Source: Chloroflexota bacterium
GTDB lineage: Bacteria; Chloroflexota; UBA11872; VXOZ01
DNA length: 64,000 nt
Reading direction: 5' to 3'
NCBI GenBank assembly: GCA_965221905.1
Contig: OZ244922.1
Coordinates: forward strand, 672,001-736,000
Shown here: piece after piece, positions 18,543 through 28,438 of the stretch
How the letters are laid out: the number at the start of each line of letters is the position of its first letter
Position numbering within the stretch: position 1 is the first letter of the stretch
Notes under the pieces: generated by a model
Database searches by the model: none
What the model was told of the DNA's origin: nothing
The model's input: only the letters and a program-made list of their open reading frames with translations
Made by a program: the position numbers and the translations under genes

Positions 18543-19916
18543 GTGGCGGCTGACTTCGTGGCAAACACCAATACTGAGCGCCTGCCCCCGCAGAACATCG
18601 AGGCGGAGCAAGCGGTATTGGGCAGCATGCTCATCGATTCTGAGGCCGTCGAGCGTGTCGCGCAGTTTCTTCAGCCTGAAGATTTCTACCGGCAGGCGCA
18701 CCAACACATCTTCCGTGCGGGGATCGCGCTGTACGAGCGCCGTGAGCCGAGGGACTTCGTGACCGTCTGCGATGAGCTGCAACGGATGCAGCAGCTTGAT
18801 GAGGTCGGCGGCGAGACTTACATTGCTTCTCTAGTCAATGTTACGCCAACGTCGGTGCACGCGGAACACTATGGGCACATCGTCGAACGCTGTGCGGTGA
18901 TGCGGCGCATCATCAGTGCCGCTAGCGAAATCGCTGCGATTGGCTACGATACGCAGCTCGACGTTGAAGATGCTTTGGATAGGGCGGAGCAAGTGCTCTT
19001 CGGTCTCGCCCGTCACGCCGCAGACCAAGACTTCGTGCATATTCGCCCCATAGTGGACGAATACTGGGAAAAGCTGACGGGTGCCCGGCACGGCGAACAG
19101 GCAGCGCCCGGCATTCGTTCGGGGTTCAAGGGCCTTGACCGCCTCACGGCCGGATTGCAACGATCGGATCTGATCATCATTGCCGGTCGGCCCTCCACCG
19201 GCAAGACCACTTTGGCACTTAACATTGCAAGTAAGCTCGCTATCATGGAGCCTAAAGTGCCGGTGGGCATCTTCAGCCTGGAGATGTCCGCCGAGCAGCT
19301 AGCGCAAAGGTTTCTCTGCATGCTCGCCCGTGTCGATTCTCACCGTCTCCGTTTGGGCGAACTGACCGACAGAGAATGGGAGAACCTGACCGGCACGGTT
19401 GGAGCTTTGACTGAGGCGCCGATCTACGTGGATGACAGCGGCTTTCTCAATTCCATGGACTTGCGCACGAAAGCGCGACGACTCCAAGCGAGAGCAAACA
19501 TCGGCCTGCTCGTCGTGGATTACCTGCAACTCATCCAAGGCCGCCGTGGCGGCGAAAACCGCGTGCAGGAAATCTCTGAGATATCCCGCTCGCTCAAGGC
19601 GCTGGCACGCGAACTCAATATTCCCGTGATCGCGCTCTCGCAGCTCTCACGCGCCGTGGAACAACGGGAGAATCACCGACCGATGCTCTCTGACCTGCGC
19701 GAATCGGGCGCCCTGGAACAAGACTCCGACTTGGTGATGTTCGTTTACCGCGACGAGATGTACGACGAGGATTCGCCCCGCAAGGGGGAGGCGGACATCA
19801 TCCTGGCCAAACACCGTAACGGGCCTACGGGAACGGTGACTCTAAAGTTCCTAAACCAGTATTTCGCGTTTGAAGATAAGCCGGAGCCGCAACAGACGAA
19901 CGGCGCGCCATTCTAA
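18543..19916 (+). CDS. dnaB: Replicative DNA helicase
   Basis: PPQNIEAEQAVLG, AGRPSTGKT, VDYLQL, SDLRESGALEQD, KHRNGPTG; no intein. Confidence 0.98.
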   Translation: MAADFVANTNTERLPPQNIEAEQAVLGSMLIDSEAVERVAQFLQPEDFYRQAHQHIFRAGIALYERREPRDFVTVCDELQRMQQLDEVGGETYIASLVNVTPTSVHAEHYGHIVERCAVMRRIISAASEIAAIGYDTQLDVEDALDRAEQVLFGLARHAADQDFVHIRPIVDEYWEKLTGARHGEQAAPGIRSGFKGLDRLTAGLQRSDLIIIAGRPSTGKTTLALNIASKLAIMEPKVPVGIFSLEMSAEQLAQRFLCMLARVDSHRLRLGELTDREWENLTGTVGALTEAPIYVDDSGFLNSMDLRTKARRLQARANIGLLVVDYLQLIQGRRGGENRVQEISEISRSLKALARELNIPVIALSQLSRAVEQRENHRPMLSDLRESGALEQDSDLVMFVYRDEMYDEDSPRKGEADIILAKHRNGPTGTVTLKFLNQYFAFEDKPEPQQTNGAPF

Positions 19917-20080
19917 CGGAGCCCGCGGCTGCGGTTTGCCGGCGCCGGTCAAGTGCGAAAGGTCTACAGCCAGGGTGCTTCGTGTGGTGGCAGTATGAAA
20001 AGAGTGCCCGGGCGAGTCCTACGTACGGTGGGCTGAATCCAACTTTCCAGGCCGCGTAGGACGACGGTAGGTTCCATTCC

Positions 20081-20875
20081 ATGAATACGATTCGCATTGG
20101 ACTCGCGCCACTGAGACAGCCGGATTCCGTGCTGCATGGCGTCGAGAAGATTGACGCTGTGCTCGCCGCGTGCGCGGACGAACAGGTTGGCATCGTTTGC
20201 TTTCCGGAGGCCTACCTGCCCGGGCTGCGCGGGGCGAGCTTCGACCTGCCGGCTGTAGATCAACCGGTTATGGAGGAGGCGCTCAAGCGCCTGCGCGCTG
20301 CCTGCCGCGCCCACCACGTAGCGGCGATTGTCGGGCTGGAGTGGGAGAGTGAACTGGGGCTAGAGAATCGCGCCGTGGTGATCTCCGCTGCCGGCCGCGT
20401 GCTGGGTTACCAGACGAAGAATCAAATCACACCGGGCGGCGAATCGAGAAACTACGTGCCGGACGGCAAGCGGCGGATCTTCCGCACCGCGGGAGCCGTA
20501 TTCGGCATCACTATCTGCCATGAAGGGTGGCGGTACCCGGAGACCGTACGCTGGCCGACCGTTCGCGGCGCGCGCATCGTCTTCCAACCGCAGGTCACCG
20601 GCAGCGACAAGCAAGGCAAGGCGCTCACCACGTGGGGCGAGTCTCTTTATGAAAAATCCATGCAATGCCGCGCCGCAGAGAATGCCATCTACTTTGCCAG
20701 TGTCAACCAGGCCATGCGCTACCAAAACTCCGCGACAAGCCTCATCGACCCCCAGGGCAACCTGATCGCGTCCGTTCCCTACGGCAAAGAGGACCTCCTC
20801 ATCGCCGACCTGGACTTGACCAAGGCGACGCGGTTCTACGCCCGCCGCTACAATCCGGCGTGGTATCCGGAATAG
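20081..20875 (+). CDS. Carbon-nitrogen hydrolase (nitrilase superfamily)
   Basis: E-K-C triad contexts FPEAY, QTKNQ, ICHEG. Confidence 0.87.
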   Translation: MNTIRIGLAPLRQPDSVLHGVEKIDAVLAACADEQVGIVCFPEAYLPGLRGASFDLPAVDQPVMEEALKRLRAACRAHHVAAIVGLEWESELGLENRAVVISAAGRVLGYQTKNQITPGGESRNYVPDGKRRIFRTAGAVFGITICHEGWRYPETVRWPTVRGARIVFQPQVTGSDKQGKALTTWGESLYEKSMQCRAAENAIYFASVNQAMRYQNSATSLIDPQGNLIASVPYGKEDLLIADLDLTKATRFYARRYNPAWYPE

Positions 20876-20939
20876 GTCTTAGCAATACTGACTTGGCGAA
20901 TTACTTGCAGTTGACTGTCACTGAATGGGGGTAAAGAAG

Positions 20940-21212
20940 ATGGCCGCGCCAGCAAATCAATACAAGCCGGACTATGCAGTTCCGCCGGGCTGGGTATTGG
21001 CTGAATATCTTGAGACTAGAGGCATATCGCAGGCCGAATTTGCGCGCCGGTGCGGCTGCTCGCCCAAGCTCATCAGCGACATAATCGCCGGTGTGGCTCC
21101 TGTAAGCCTCGAGACCGCGCTGCTTTTTGAGAGAGTCTTAGGTCTCAAAGCATCCGTGTGGTTAGGGATAGAATCTGAATATCGGCTTCACCAAGAGCAA
21201 ACGGTCGGGTAG
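20940..21212 (+). CDS. HigA-family HTH antitoxin/regulator (orphan)
   Basis: PDYAVPPGWVLAEYLETRGISQAEFARR...W...Y, typical HigA HTH; no toxin gene upstream. Confidence 0.8.
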   Translation: MAAPANQYKPDYAVPPGWVLAEYLETRGISQAEFARRCGCSPKLISDIIAGVAPVSLETALLFERVLGLKASVWLGIESEYRLHQEQTVG

Positions 21213-21255
21213 CTTGCTTTCGCCGACGGCAGGGGCGTGGTTTGGAAGCGCTTGT

Positions 21256-21741
21256 TTACGTAGTGCCCGTGAATCGCGGCAGGCCGGCTGCGGTGAGAAT
21301 GGCTTCCTCTTGCGCGCGCATCTTCATGTGGTCGGTTTCTACGGAATGAACGTGCCCAATGAGATGCAGGAAGCCGTGGACGAACAGGTAGGCGAGTTCG
21401 CGCTCCTCGCTATGGCCGTAGGCTGCGGCCTGCGCTTGGACGCGCGGCATGGAAATCGCAATGTCTCCCAGGCATTCTCCGCCGTCCGCCGGTAGCGCAG
21501 GTTTGAAACCTGCGTTCTCTAGCGAGGGATCGCGTTGGGGGAATGAGAGCACGTCCGTGGGGGCATTCTGGTGGCGGTAGGTGTGATTCAGCACCTTTAA
21601 GCGTGCATCGTCGGTAAGCAATACCGTGACCTCGACAGACGCGGGCGTGTTCGTAGCCGTGCAGGCTACCATGAAAACGCGCTCGAGCAGCGCGCGCTGG
21701 GCCGGACATTCAGCCATGTCTTCCCACAGGATCGTCAGCAT
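21256..21741 (-). CDS. ybeY: rRNA maturation endoribonuclease YbeY
   Basis: LNHTYR, PTDVLSFP, LGDIAIS, HGFLHLIGHVH (H3xH5xH); start approximate. Confidence 0.92.
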   Translation of the reverse strand: MLTILWEDMAECPAQRALLERVFMVACTATNTPASVEVTVLLTDDARLKVLNHTYRHQNAPTDVLSFPQRDPSLENAGFKPALPADGGECLGDIAISMPRVQAQAAAYGHSEERELAYLFVHGFLHLIGHVHSVETDHMKMRAQEEAILTAAGLPRFTGTT

Positions 21742-22961
21742 GCCGCGTCTGATTGCGCGCCGCCGCGTCGGCGCCACGCCTGATGATAGACTGCCAAGAG
21801 TTTTGACGTGGCGCCGGACCAAGAACGCTCCTGCTCCGCCTTAGCGCGCAGCACGTGCCCCAACCGGCGACGGTGATCGATGTCATCCAGGAGCCCGCGC
21901 AACTTTTCAGCCAGGGACTCCGGATCGCCCACAGCCGCGTAGACGCCGTGTTCGCCGAGTATCTCCTGTGCCACCGGTGTCGCAAATGTCACCGTGGGCA
22001 GCCCGCAGGCCATGTAGTTGAGCAGCTTGCCGTTCCCTTCCGTCTCCGAGAGTTTCGGGGAAACGGCCACGTCGCCGATTGCCAAGTAATAGGGCGCCTC
22101 GGCGTAGGGGATGCGGCCGGGAAAGGTCGTATGCTCGGCGATGCCCATGCGCTGGGCGACGCTCTGGTAGTAGTGGTGTCCCGGGTATCCCATTATCAGA
22201 AAGTGGGTCTGCGGACGCACGGCGACGAGGGACTTGGCAGCCTGCAGCAGGTGTGAAATCCCCTGGTACTCCGCTAACAGGCCCAGAAAAACAACCACGT
22301 CGCGCTCCGGCGGGATCTCGAGATTGCGGCGGAGCGTAGCGGCTCTATCTGCCACGGCGGCATCCGTCCAACCCGGCTTGAACTTTGTGGGATCGACGCA
22401 ATCCGCCACCGTCGTCACACGTTCCGGTGAGATGGCAAAGTCGTCTACGAGCAAGTCCGCCGCGTTCGCTGAACTGGTGATGATATGGTCCGCAAAGCGA
22501 TTGATGGTCCGTTCGGCACGGTCGAGCAGGGGCAGCAGCGGACTGTTCTTCCTAAGGAAGTTGTGGTCGATCATCTCGCGGGTCAGGCTGCCTTGAAAAT
22601 CGAAGACGAGGGGGGATCGGGTGGCTTTGCTGACGATACTGCCGACGAGCGCGCCTTCGTGTAGATGCCCGTGCACGATGTCCACGGGACGCTTTCGGGC
22701 CCATGCCAGCGCGCGGGCGGCCAACAGGGCGTCGAAGTAGAGCTTGTGCCAGTGCGAGCCGACGCGTACATCGCCGTGCCAGGGAATGCGCGGGATCCGG
22801 ATCACCGACAGGCCGGGAGGCGTTGTACCCGTGTGGTAGGTAGCAACGGTGAGGTGGTGCCCCCGGGCCTGCAGGCCGCGCGCCTCCTCCAGAATGCGCA
22901 CATGGCAGCCGTAGTCGGCGAAGAACGAAGTGGGGGCAATCTTCAGGATGTGGTAGCCCAC
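21735..22961 (-). CDS. Glycosyltransferase family 4
   Basis: GT-B fold; VVFLGLLAEYQG, SPKLSETEGNGKLLNYMACGLP. Confidence 0.88.
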   Translation of the reverse strand: MGYHILKIAPTSFFADYGCHVRILEEARGLQARGHHLTVATYHTGTTPPGLSVIRIPRIPWHGDVRVGSHWHKLYFDALLAARALAWARKRPVDIVHGHLHEGALVGSIVSKATRSPLVFDFQGSLTREMIDHNFLRKNSPLLPLLDRAERTINRFADHIITSSANAADLLVDDFAISPERVTTVADCVDPTKFKPGWTDAAVADRAATLRRNLEIPPERDVVVFLGLLAEYQGISHLLQAAKSLVAVRPQTHFLIMGYPGHHYYQSVAQRMGIAEHTTFPGRIPYAEAPYYLAIGDVAVSPKLSETEGNGKLLNYMACGLPTVTFATPVAQEILGEHGVYAAVGDPESLAEKLRGLLDDIDHRRRLGHVLRAKAEQERSWSGATSKLLAVYHQAWRRRGGAQSDAAC

Positions 22962-22964
22962 GGG

Positions 22965-23699
22965 TCAGCTCCGGGTCGGACGCGGTTCGCGCAAGAGGCG
23001 CCACCGCAGCCGCAACACCTCCCGGATTGCGCGCAAAATCACGCGTAGGCTGCCGCCGGTATTCTCGCCGGCGTGACGGGGCAGATGGCTGATGGAAACT
23101 TCCCCGACACGGAAACCGGCGCGCTTGGCTTGGACGAGAATCTCAATGTTGAAGACCGCGCCTGCCGCCTTTACATCGAGTGTGTCCACTACCTCGCGCC
23201 GAAAGATCTTGCAGCCGCAGTCCATGTCGTGCACCACGAACCCAAAGAGGGTGCGGTTGAGGAGGTTCCAAAGCAGCGCAAAGAACAAACGATGTGAGGG
23301 GTCTTTACGCTGAACGCGATGGCCGACCACGACGTCGTAGGAGTCCAGTGCCTTAAGCATCGGCACAATGTCGGCCGTGCGGTACTGTGAGTCGGAGTCG
23401 CGCCAGCCGACGATTTCCATCTTGGCAGTCTTCAGTCCTGTCCAAATAGCAGAACCGTAGCCGCGAATCGGCTGATGTATGAGCCGGACGCGCGCATTCT
23501 CTGACTGGAGCTGACGGACGATATCCGCCGTATTATCCGTGCTGTCATTGTCAACGACAATGACCTCGTAGTCCTGCGCGACCCGTCGCAGGGTTTGTAC
23601 ACAGTCGTCCACCGTAGATGCAATGTCGTCCGCCTCATTAAGCGCAGGCAGTACGAGGGAGACGGTCAATGCGGGCATCGCAGGTGTTTTTGTAGACAT
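22965..23699 (-). CDS. Glycosyltransferase family 2 (polyprenol-phosphate glycosyltransferase/DPM-like)
   Basis: SLVLPALNE, VVDNDSTD, DSD, DMDCGCKIFRR. Confidence 0.88.
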   Translation of the reverse strand: MSTKTPAMPALTVSLVLPALNEADDIASTVDDCVQTLRRVAQDYEVIVVDNDSTDNTADIVRQLQSENARVRLIHQPIRGYGSAIWTGLKTAKMEIVGWRDSDSQYRTADIVPMLKALDSYDVVVGHRVQRKDPSHRLFFALLWNLLNRTLFGFVVHDMDCGCKIFRREVVDTLDVKAAGAVFNIEILVQAKRAGFRVGEVSISHLPRHAGENTGGSLRVILRAIREVLRLRWRLLREPRPTRS

Positions 23700-23896
23700 A
23701 AGTGAATTATACTACGCTTCCACTTCGAGGCAAATCACAAGAGAATTCTGTCGATCCGGTTCTTCTGTTCATCTCGGTGCTCATGGAGCGCATCTAATCC
23801 CATTGATATCGCGAAGGTTGTCGCAAGCCAAGGCCATGGCCGAACAGTTGGTTCCTCCGTGTGAGTGATTCTCAATTAGATGATGTGCCCATACGC

Positions 23897-25321
23897 CTAA
23901 TAGGCTCCCTTGCCGCGCAGCACGATCCAAATCGTCTTCCAAAGTATGATTAGATCGAGGAGCGGCGAATAGTTCTGGATATAGTATAGGTCGTACTGCA
24001 CGTTGTGATGCAGAGGCAGATCGCTCCTGCCGTTGATCTGCCACCAGCCCGTCATGCCCGGCGCCACGGCGAGGCGCTGGCGCTGCCACGGCTCATAGCG
24101 TTCAACCATCCACGGCAACTCCGGACGCGGCCCTACCAGGCTCATCTCTCCCTTGAGCACGTTGATGAGGTTGGGGAGTTCGTCCAAGCTCGTCCTACGC
24201 AGCAAGCGGCCCATACGCGTAACCCGCGAATCATCTCGAGGCTTGTACACTTCTTCCAGACGCGCCCCCTGGGCGATTTTTTCCTCGAACTGGCGTTCGG
24301 CGTCGGCGACCATCGTACGGAATTTGTTCATCATAAAGTGTCTGCCGTTTTCGCCGACGCGGCGCTGCCTGAAGATAACCGGGCCCGGAGAATCGAGCTT
24401 TGTAGCAAGCGCAATGACAATCATGAGCGGCGCCAACACGACAACCGCCAGGGTCGCAAGCACAAGATCGAACACACGTTTCACCACCCTGTCCAAGCCC
24501 GTAATGGCCGGATCGCGAATGCCGATGAGGGGGATGCCGTTCAGGTCTTCGACTTGGGCTCGTGCTGTTGCCAACTCAAGCAGATCGGGCACGATGCGCA
24601 CCCGCACGGGGAGCGCAGCCAGCATTTCCACGGCCGCAACCATCTGCTCGTGTTCTCTTGCAGAAAGAGCTATGATCACTTCTTCGACACGCTGATCTGC
24701 CACGAGCCGCGGCAGATCAGCCATTGTACCCAGAAGACGAATACTGTCGTCATCCGGCTTGTCGGCAGCATCGAGGCCGACGACACCGAGGGGCTGAAGG
24801 AACATCCAATGCCGCTCACGGAGTAATACAATGATCTCTCTTGCGATTTCACCGGTGCCGATTACGAGCACCGGCCGTTGTGCTTCCCAGTCCGCCAGCA
24901 CCGTACGGAGGACTAACCGCACTATCCACCGCAGGTTTACGAGCAACGCAAGGTTTATGGCATAGAAGTAAACGGTTATCAAGCGGGAAAAGAACTCATC
25001 GTAGAAGAAGAGGAAGGCGCTAAAGACCACGGTGGAGACGGTTACGGCGATGAGCAGGGATTGCACTTCCAGGAAGAAGCTATGGGCTCGTCGCTCATCG
25101 TAAACGCCGAAGTACCAGAGGAAGAAAGCCCAGATGAGCAGCGTCCCCACAAACACGCTGGGAGCGAGGAAAACTTGGCTGGAGGCAAACCCTGGATTGC
25201 CAAAGGGAACAGCCGGCAAGGTGCGCCGCAGCCAATCTGCCAGCGAGAGCGCGCCCATTGTTAGGAGCAGGTCGAGAATGAAAATCGTTGCGACGAACTG
25301 AAATCGCGACTGCTTAAGCAC
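23897..25321 (-). CDS. Polyprenyl glycosylphosphotransferase (WcaJ/CpsE-like initiating sugar transferase)
   Basis: N-terminal TMs, KRVFD, KFRTM, DELPNLINVLKGEMSLVGPRP, PGMTGWWQ, DLYYIQN. Confidence 0.93.
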   Translation of the reverse strand: MLKQSRFQFVATIFILDLLLTMGALSLADWLRRTLPAVPFGNPGFASSQVFLAPSVFVGTLLIWAFFLWYFGVYDERRAHSFFLEVQSLLIAVTVSTVVFSAFLFFYDEFFSRLITVYFYAINLALLVNLRWIVRLVLRTVLADWEAQRPVLVIGTGEIAREIIVLLRERHWMFLQPLGVVGLDAADKPDDDSIRLLGTMADLPRLVADQRVEEVIIALSAREHEQMVAAVEMLAALPVRVRIVPDLLELATARAQVEDLNGIPLIGIRDPAITGLDRVVKRVFDLVLATLAVVVLAPLMIVIALATKLDSPGPVIFRQRRVGENGRHFMMNKFRTMVADAERQFEEKIAQGARLEEVYKPRDDSRVTRMGRLLRRTSLDELPNLINVLKGEMSLVGPRPELPWMVERYEPWQRQRLAVAPGMTGWWQINGRSDLPLHHNVQYDLYYIQNYSPLLDLIILWKTIWIVLRGKGAY

Positions 25322-25342
25322 AGATTCCGATACTCCTCTGCA

Positions 25343-26536
25343 TCAACCTGGCCGCCCTTCGCCCGCCGGCGGCGTATTGTGAAGAACGCTCAAGTAGAGT
25401 TCTCCGGTTAGGTCCAGCATACGCTGCTGGGAAAAACGAGTTTCCACAGCGTGCAATGCACTCTCTCCAAGCTCTTGTGCACGCGCGCTATTGCACAGTA
25501 GCTCATGGACGTGGGTTGCCAGTAACTCTACATCTCCAACGGGCGCAAGCATACCAGTTCTATTATGCTCCAGAATATCACTGGTGCCTACTGCGGCCGT
25601 TGCTACTATTGGCTTTGCCAATGCCATCGCTTCCAGGACACTGAACGGCATGCCTTCCCAGCGAGAGGTGAGCAGGAACACGTCAAGCAATCGTACTAAG
25701 CCGAGGGCGTCGGCGCGATAGCCGAGGAAGTGCACCTGTTCCGACAGGCCGAGCGCTGCTGCTTGGGCGCGAATGGCGCTCTCCTGCGGGCCGCCGTGAC
25801 CGATCCAAAGGAAGTGCGCGTCCGGCAGGCGAGCATGGAGGCGCTGAATGACCGCCAACGTGTCTTCCGGCGCTTTCTGAGGAATGAAGCGCGCGAGTGT
25901 GCCGACAAGCGGCGCGTTTTGCGGAATGCCGAATGCTGCACGGTCGGGCGAGTCTTGGGCGCGTTGCTGAACCTCGCGTGAATCCACGCCGTTCTCGATA
26001 AGGGTCACACGGTCCTCAGAGGCCAGCCCGTACTTGACCGCCACGTCGCGCTCAGAGGCTGAGAGCGCCACGAGCCGGTCGGTAAGGCGCCCGGCGAATC
26101 GCTCCAGACTCAGATAGAATTGCCGCCCTAAACCGGAACTGCCGAGGAAGTAGAAGCCCTGGGGGGAATGGACAATCTTCGCGCCGGTTGCCATGCGGCC
26201 CACGACTCTGCCCAGTATCCCGGCTTTCGAGCTATGGGTATGGATGATGTCGAATTGCCCGCGGCGGACGAGTCGGTAAAGGGTGCTCGCGGCACGCGCA
26301 TCTTGCCACGGCCGCACGGCGCGTATCATCGGCACCGGCAAAACCGGGATGCCGGCCTCGCGCAAGTCCGATACGAATGAGGTATCTCCTTGCGCCTCCG
26401 AGCGTACGAGAGGACAAGCCATTACTACGTCGAACGTTGAACTGTCCAGACCGGTGGCGAGGGTGTAACCGTGGCGCTTGGTGCCCCCTATGGTGGCCTC
26501 AAGAACGTGAAGCACACGCACGCGCTGCTGATTCAT
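25343..26536 (-). CDS. Glycosyltransferase family 4
   Basis: HTHSSKAG, SRWEGMPFSVLEAMA (E-x7-E). Confidence 0.9.
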   Translation of the reverse strand: MNQQRVRVLHVLEATIGGTKRHGYTLATGLDSSTFDVVMACPLVRSEAQGDTSFVSDLREAGIPVLPVPMIRAVRPWQDARAASTLYRLVRRGQFDIIHTHSSKAGILGRVVGRMATGAKIVHSPQGFYFLGSSGLGRQFYLSLERFAGRLTDRLVALSASERDVAVKYGLASEDRVTLIENGVDSREVQQRAQDSPDRAAFGIPQNAPLVGTLARFIPQKAPEDTLAVIQRLHARLPDAHFLWIGHGGPQESAIRAQAAALGLSEQVHFLGYRADALGLVRLLDVFLLTSRWEGMPFSVLEAMALAKPIVATAAVGTSDILEHNRTGMLAPVGDVELLATHVHELLCNSARAQELGESALHAVETRFSQQRMLDLTGELYLSVLHNTPPAGEGRPG

Positions 26537-26716
26537 GAATGACTAGTCTGCGGTAGCGGTTTTCGTAGTTGCTGCAAGGGGCAAATCACGTCTGAGGCTA
26601 TGTGGGACAAGCCCTGTGAAACACTGTATTAGCATACCATACGGTGGGTCGCTTCACGCCGCAAGCAGGTGGGACTTAAGTATTCGACTGGTATTGGCAT
26701 GTTGATCAGGTAAGCT

Positions 26717-26752
26717 AAACGCTCGGCTTGGATGGAGATAAGCCGGGCGTTT
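26717..26752. terminator. Hairpin AAACGCTCGGCTT...AAGCCGGGCGTTT, possible bidirectional terminator
   Basis: 13-bp imperfect inverted repeat with A/T tails, downstream of the PT-rich gene. Confidence 0.45.
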
Positions 26753-26970
26753 GCAGTCTTGCAGCGCGAAGTCCGACAGCTTGTAACCGAGCCTACCTCT
26801 GCGAGCATATCGAGCTAGAGTTGCCACGAGAAGGTTGCACATCGGCCTTCAAATGGACTAGGACTAATCCCAAGTAGGAGGTTCAACCCAAATAAAGATC
26901 CATCTTTCCCATCCTCACGATCCTCCAGTAAAATATTGACCTTCGGCATATTCATTAACACCATCAGGAG

Positions 26971-28164
26971 TTACCTAGGGCTAAGGGCGTCCCATTCTTC
27001 AGGGGTAAGTGGGCGAAAACAGATCCAACTTCCATCTTCATAAATAGTACAATCTTCATCTTCAGGAGGAGTTGCCGGTGTTGGCGTTGGTTCCGGCGTT
27101 GGTAAAGGTGTCGGTATAGGCGTTGGTATGGGCGTTGGTATAGGCGTTGGTACCGGTGTTGGTATTGGTGTCGGTGTCGGGGTTGGTGGTGGTGGTGGCG
27201 GTGGGCCTACAGGCGTAGGCGTCGGAGTGGGTGTAGGGGTAGGCGTTGGAGTAGGTGTGGGTGTCAGCGTCGGTGTCGGGGTTGGTGGTGGTGGCGGTGG
27301 GCCTACAGGCGTCGGTGTCGGCGTCGGTGGTGGAGTTAGTGGCCCTGTAGGCGTCGGTGTCGGGGTTGGTGGTGGTGGTGGCGGTGGGCCTACAGGCGTC
27401 GGTGTAGGAGTGGGAGTTACGTTATCGATGGGAGTTTGACTCGAACCGTTTGCCGTGAGTGTAAGCGCGAGCGCGCTAACGCCCGCGGCATTCTTGGGCC
27501 TAATCTCATACTCATAGAGAACACCATCTTCAAGCCCGCACTGTTCATAGCTAGCGTCGGACACTGTTGCAAGCACGGAGAACGTATCTTCCCCGGAGAC
27601 TTCGGGCTTGCGACGCGAAATCTGATAGCCGGTAACCGCACTCGCCTCTTCAGTTGTGCTGTACTGGAATTCCCATGTGAAGCTAGCACACGGTCCCGGC
27701 CAAGGGCTACTGAAGGCAATTCCGGACGTAGGATTAGGAACAGAGCTACTTGTCGCTCGCGCAGTGGCAGGCTGAGGCGTCGGGGTTGCAGTCGGGGTTG
27801 AAATACCACCGCCAGGCGCGTAATCAGGCTCCCACGGGAAGCGCTCAGAATTCAGACGCTGCTGCAGGCCGTTGGGGCCGTTGATCCAGGTATGGTTGCC
27901 GTCGGTGAAAGCGGTGTGGTTGTCCGCATTACGCCAGACCAACAGCCCGCCGGTGGTGGCTTGTGTACTGTCTCCATTTTCGCTGAAATGCTCGTTTTCC
28001 AAGCATTCGCCCACAATTTCATGACCGATGAGGTCGCGCAGGGCCTTGAAGCCTAGGACGAACTCGCAATCAGCAGCTACAGCCGATGCAAGCGTAAGTG
28101 TTATAACGGCCAGCCCAAGCAAGAGTCCGATGAAGGCGCGTCGCAGGCGTATCGGCATTGACAT
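26971..28164 (-). CDS. Secreted Pro/Thr-rich protein: N-terminal Cys-containing domain, Fn3-like domain, long PT/poly-Pro stalk
   Basis: Signal peptide ending AVA/AD, beta-rich segment (W...TGYQISR...[19 protein letters not shown]) typical of Fn3, then about 120 aa of PT/GPPPPPP repeats. Confidence 0.8.
   Translation of the reverse strand: MSMPIRLRRAFIGLLLGLAVITLTLASAVAADCEFVLGFKALRDLIGHEIVGECLENEHFSENGDSTQATTGGLLVWRNADNHTAFTDGNHTWINGPNGLQQRLNSERFPWEPDYAPGGGISTPTATPTPQPATARATSSSVPNPTSGIAFSSPWPGPCASFTWEFQYSTTEEASAVTGYQISRRKPEVSGEDTFSVLATVSDASYEQCGLEDGVLYEYEIRPKNAAGVSALALTLTANGSSQTPIDNVTPTPTPTPVGPPPPPPPTPTPTPTGPLTPPPTPTPTPVGPPPPPPTPTPTLTPTPTPTPTPTPTPTPTPVGPPPPPPPTPTPTPIPTPVPTPIPTPIPTPIPTPLPTPEPTPTPATPPEDEDCTIYEDGSWICFRPLTPEEWDALSPR
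27070..27420. repeat. Low-complexity coding repeats ([13 protein letters not shown] x3 plus PT/PI runs)
   Basis: GGTGTCGGGGTTGGTGGT...GGGCCTACAGGCGT recurs near 27172, 27272 and 27356. Confidence 0.9.
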
Positions 28165-28398
28165 TCCTTACTCTCCCTTGAGTGTATTGCCAGCTTTAGG
28201 ATACTACCATGGTTCTGCAATTCAAGATGCCACAGTACCACCGCTAATATAGAGGCAGCTACAAGTTGCGTCAATGCTGTGCCTTGCGGGTGTTGTGTTT
28301 ACTTAGGTATATAATTCCCAAGCAGGTTGATACAGTAACGACTGCATGCCGTTCTCACTTCTCCGGTGGCGCTAACAATGAATCAGTACGGTACTGCA

Positions 28399-28438
28399 TA
28401 CGTCGGACGGGCCGGGCTAGCCCGGCCCGTCCGACGTA
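28399..28438. repeat. Perfect 40-bp palindrome overlapping the GT4 stop codon
   Basis: TACGTCGGACGGGCCGGGCT|AGCCCGGCCCGTCCGACGTA. Confidence 0.9.

Noticed and set aside
18543-19916. Intein in DnaB or prophage-type helicase
   Set aside because: Normal length, continuous motifs and chromosomal rplI-dnaB context.
27128-27439. Gly/Val-repeat ORF on the + strand
   Set aside because: Antisense reading of the Pro/Thr repeats.
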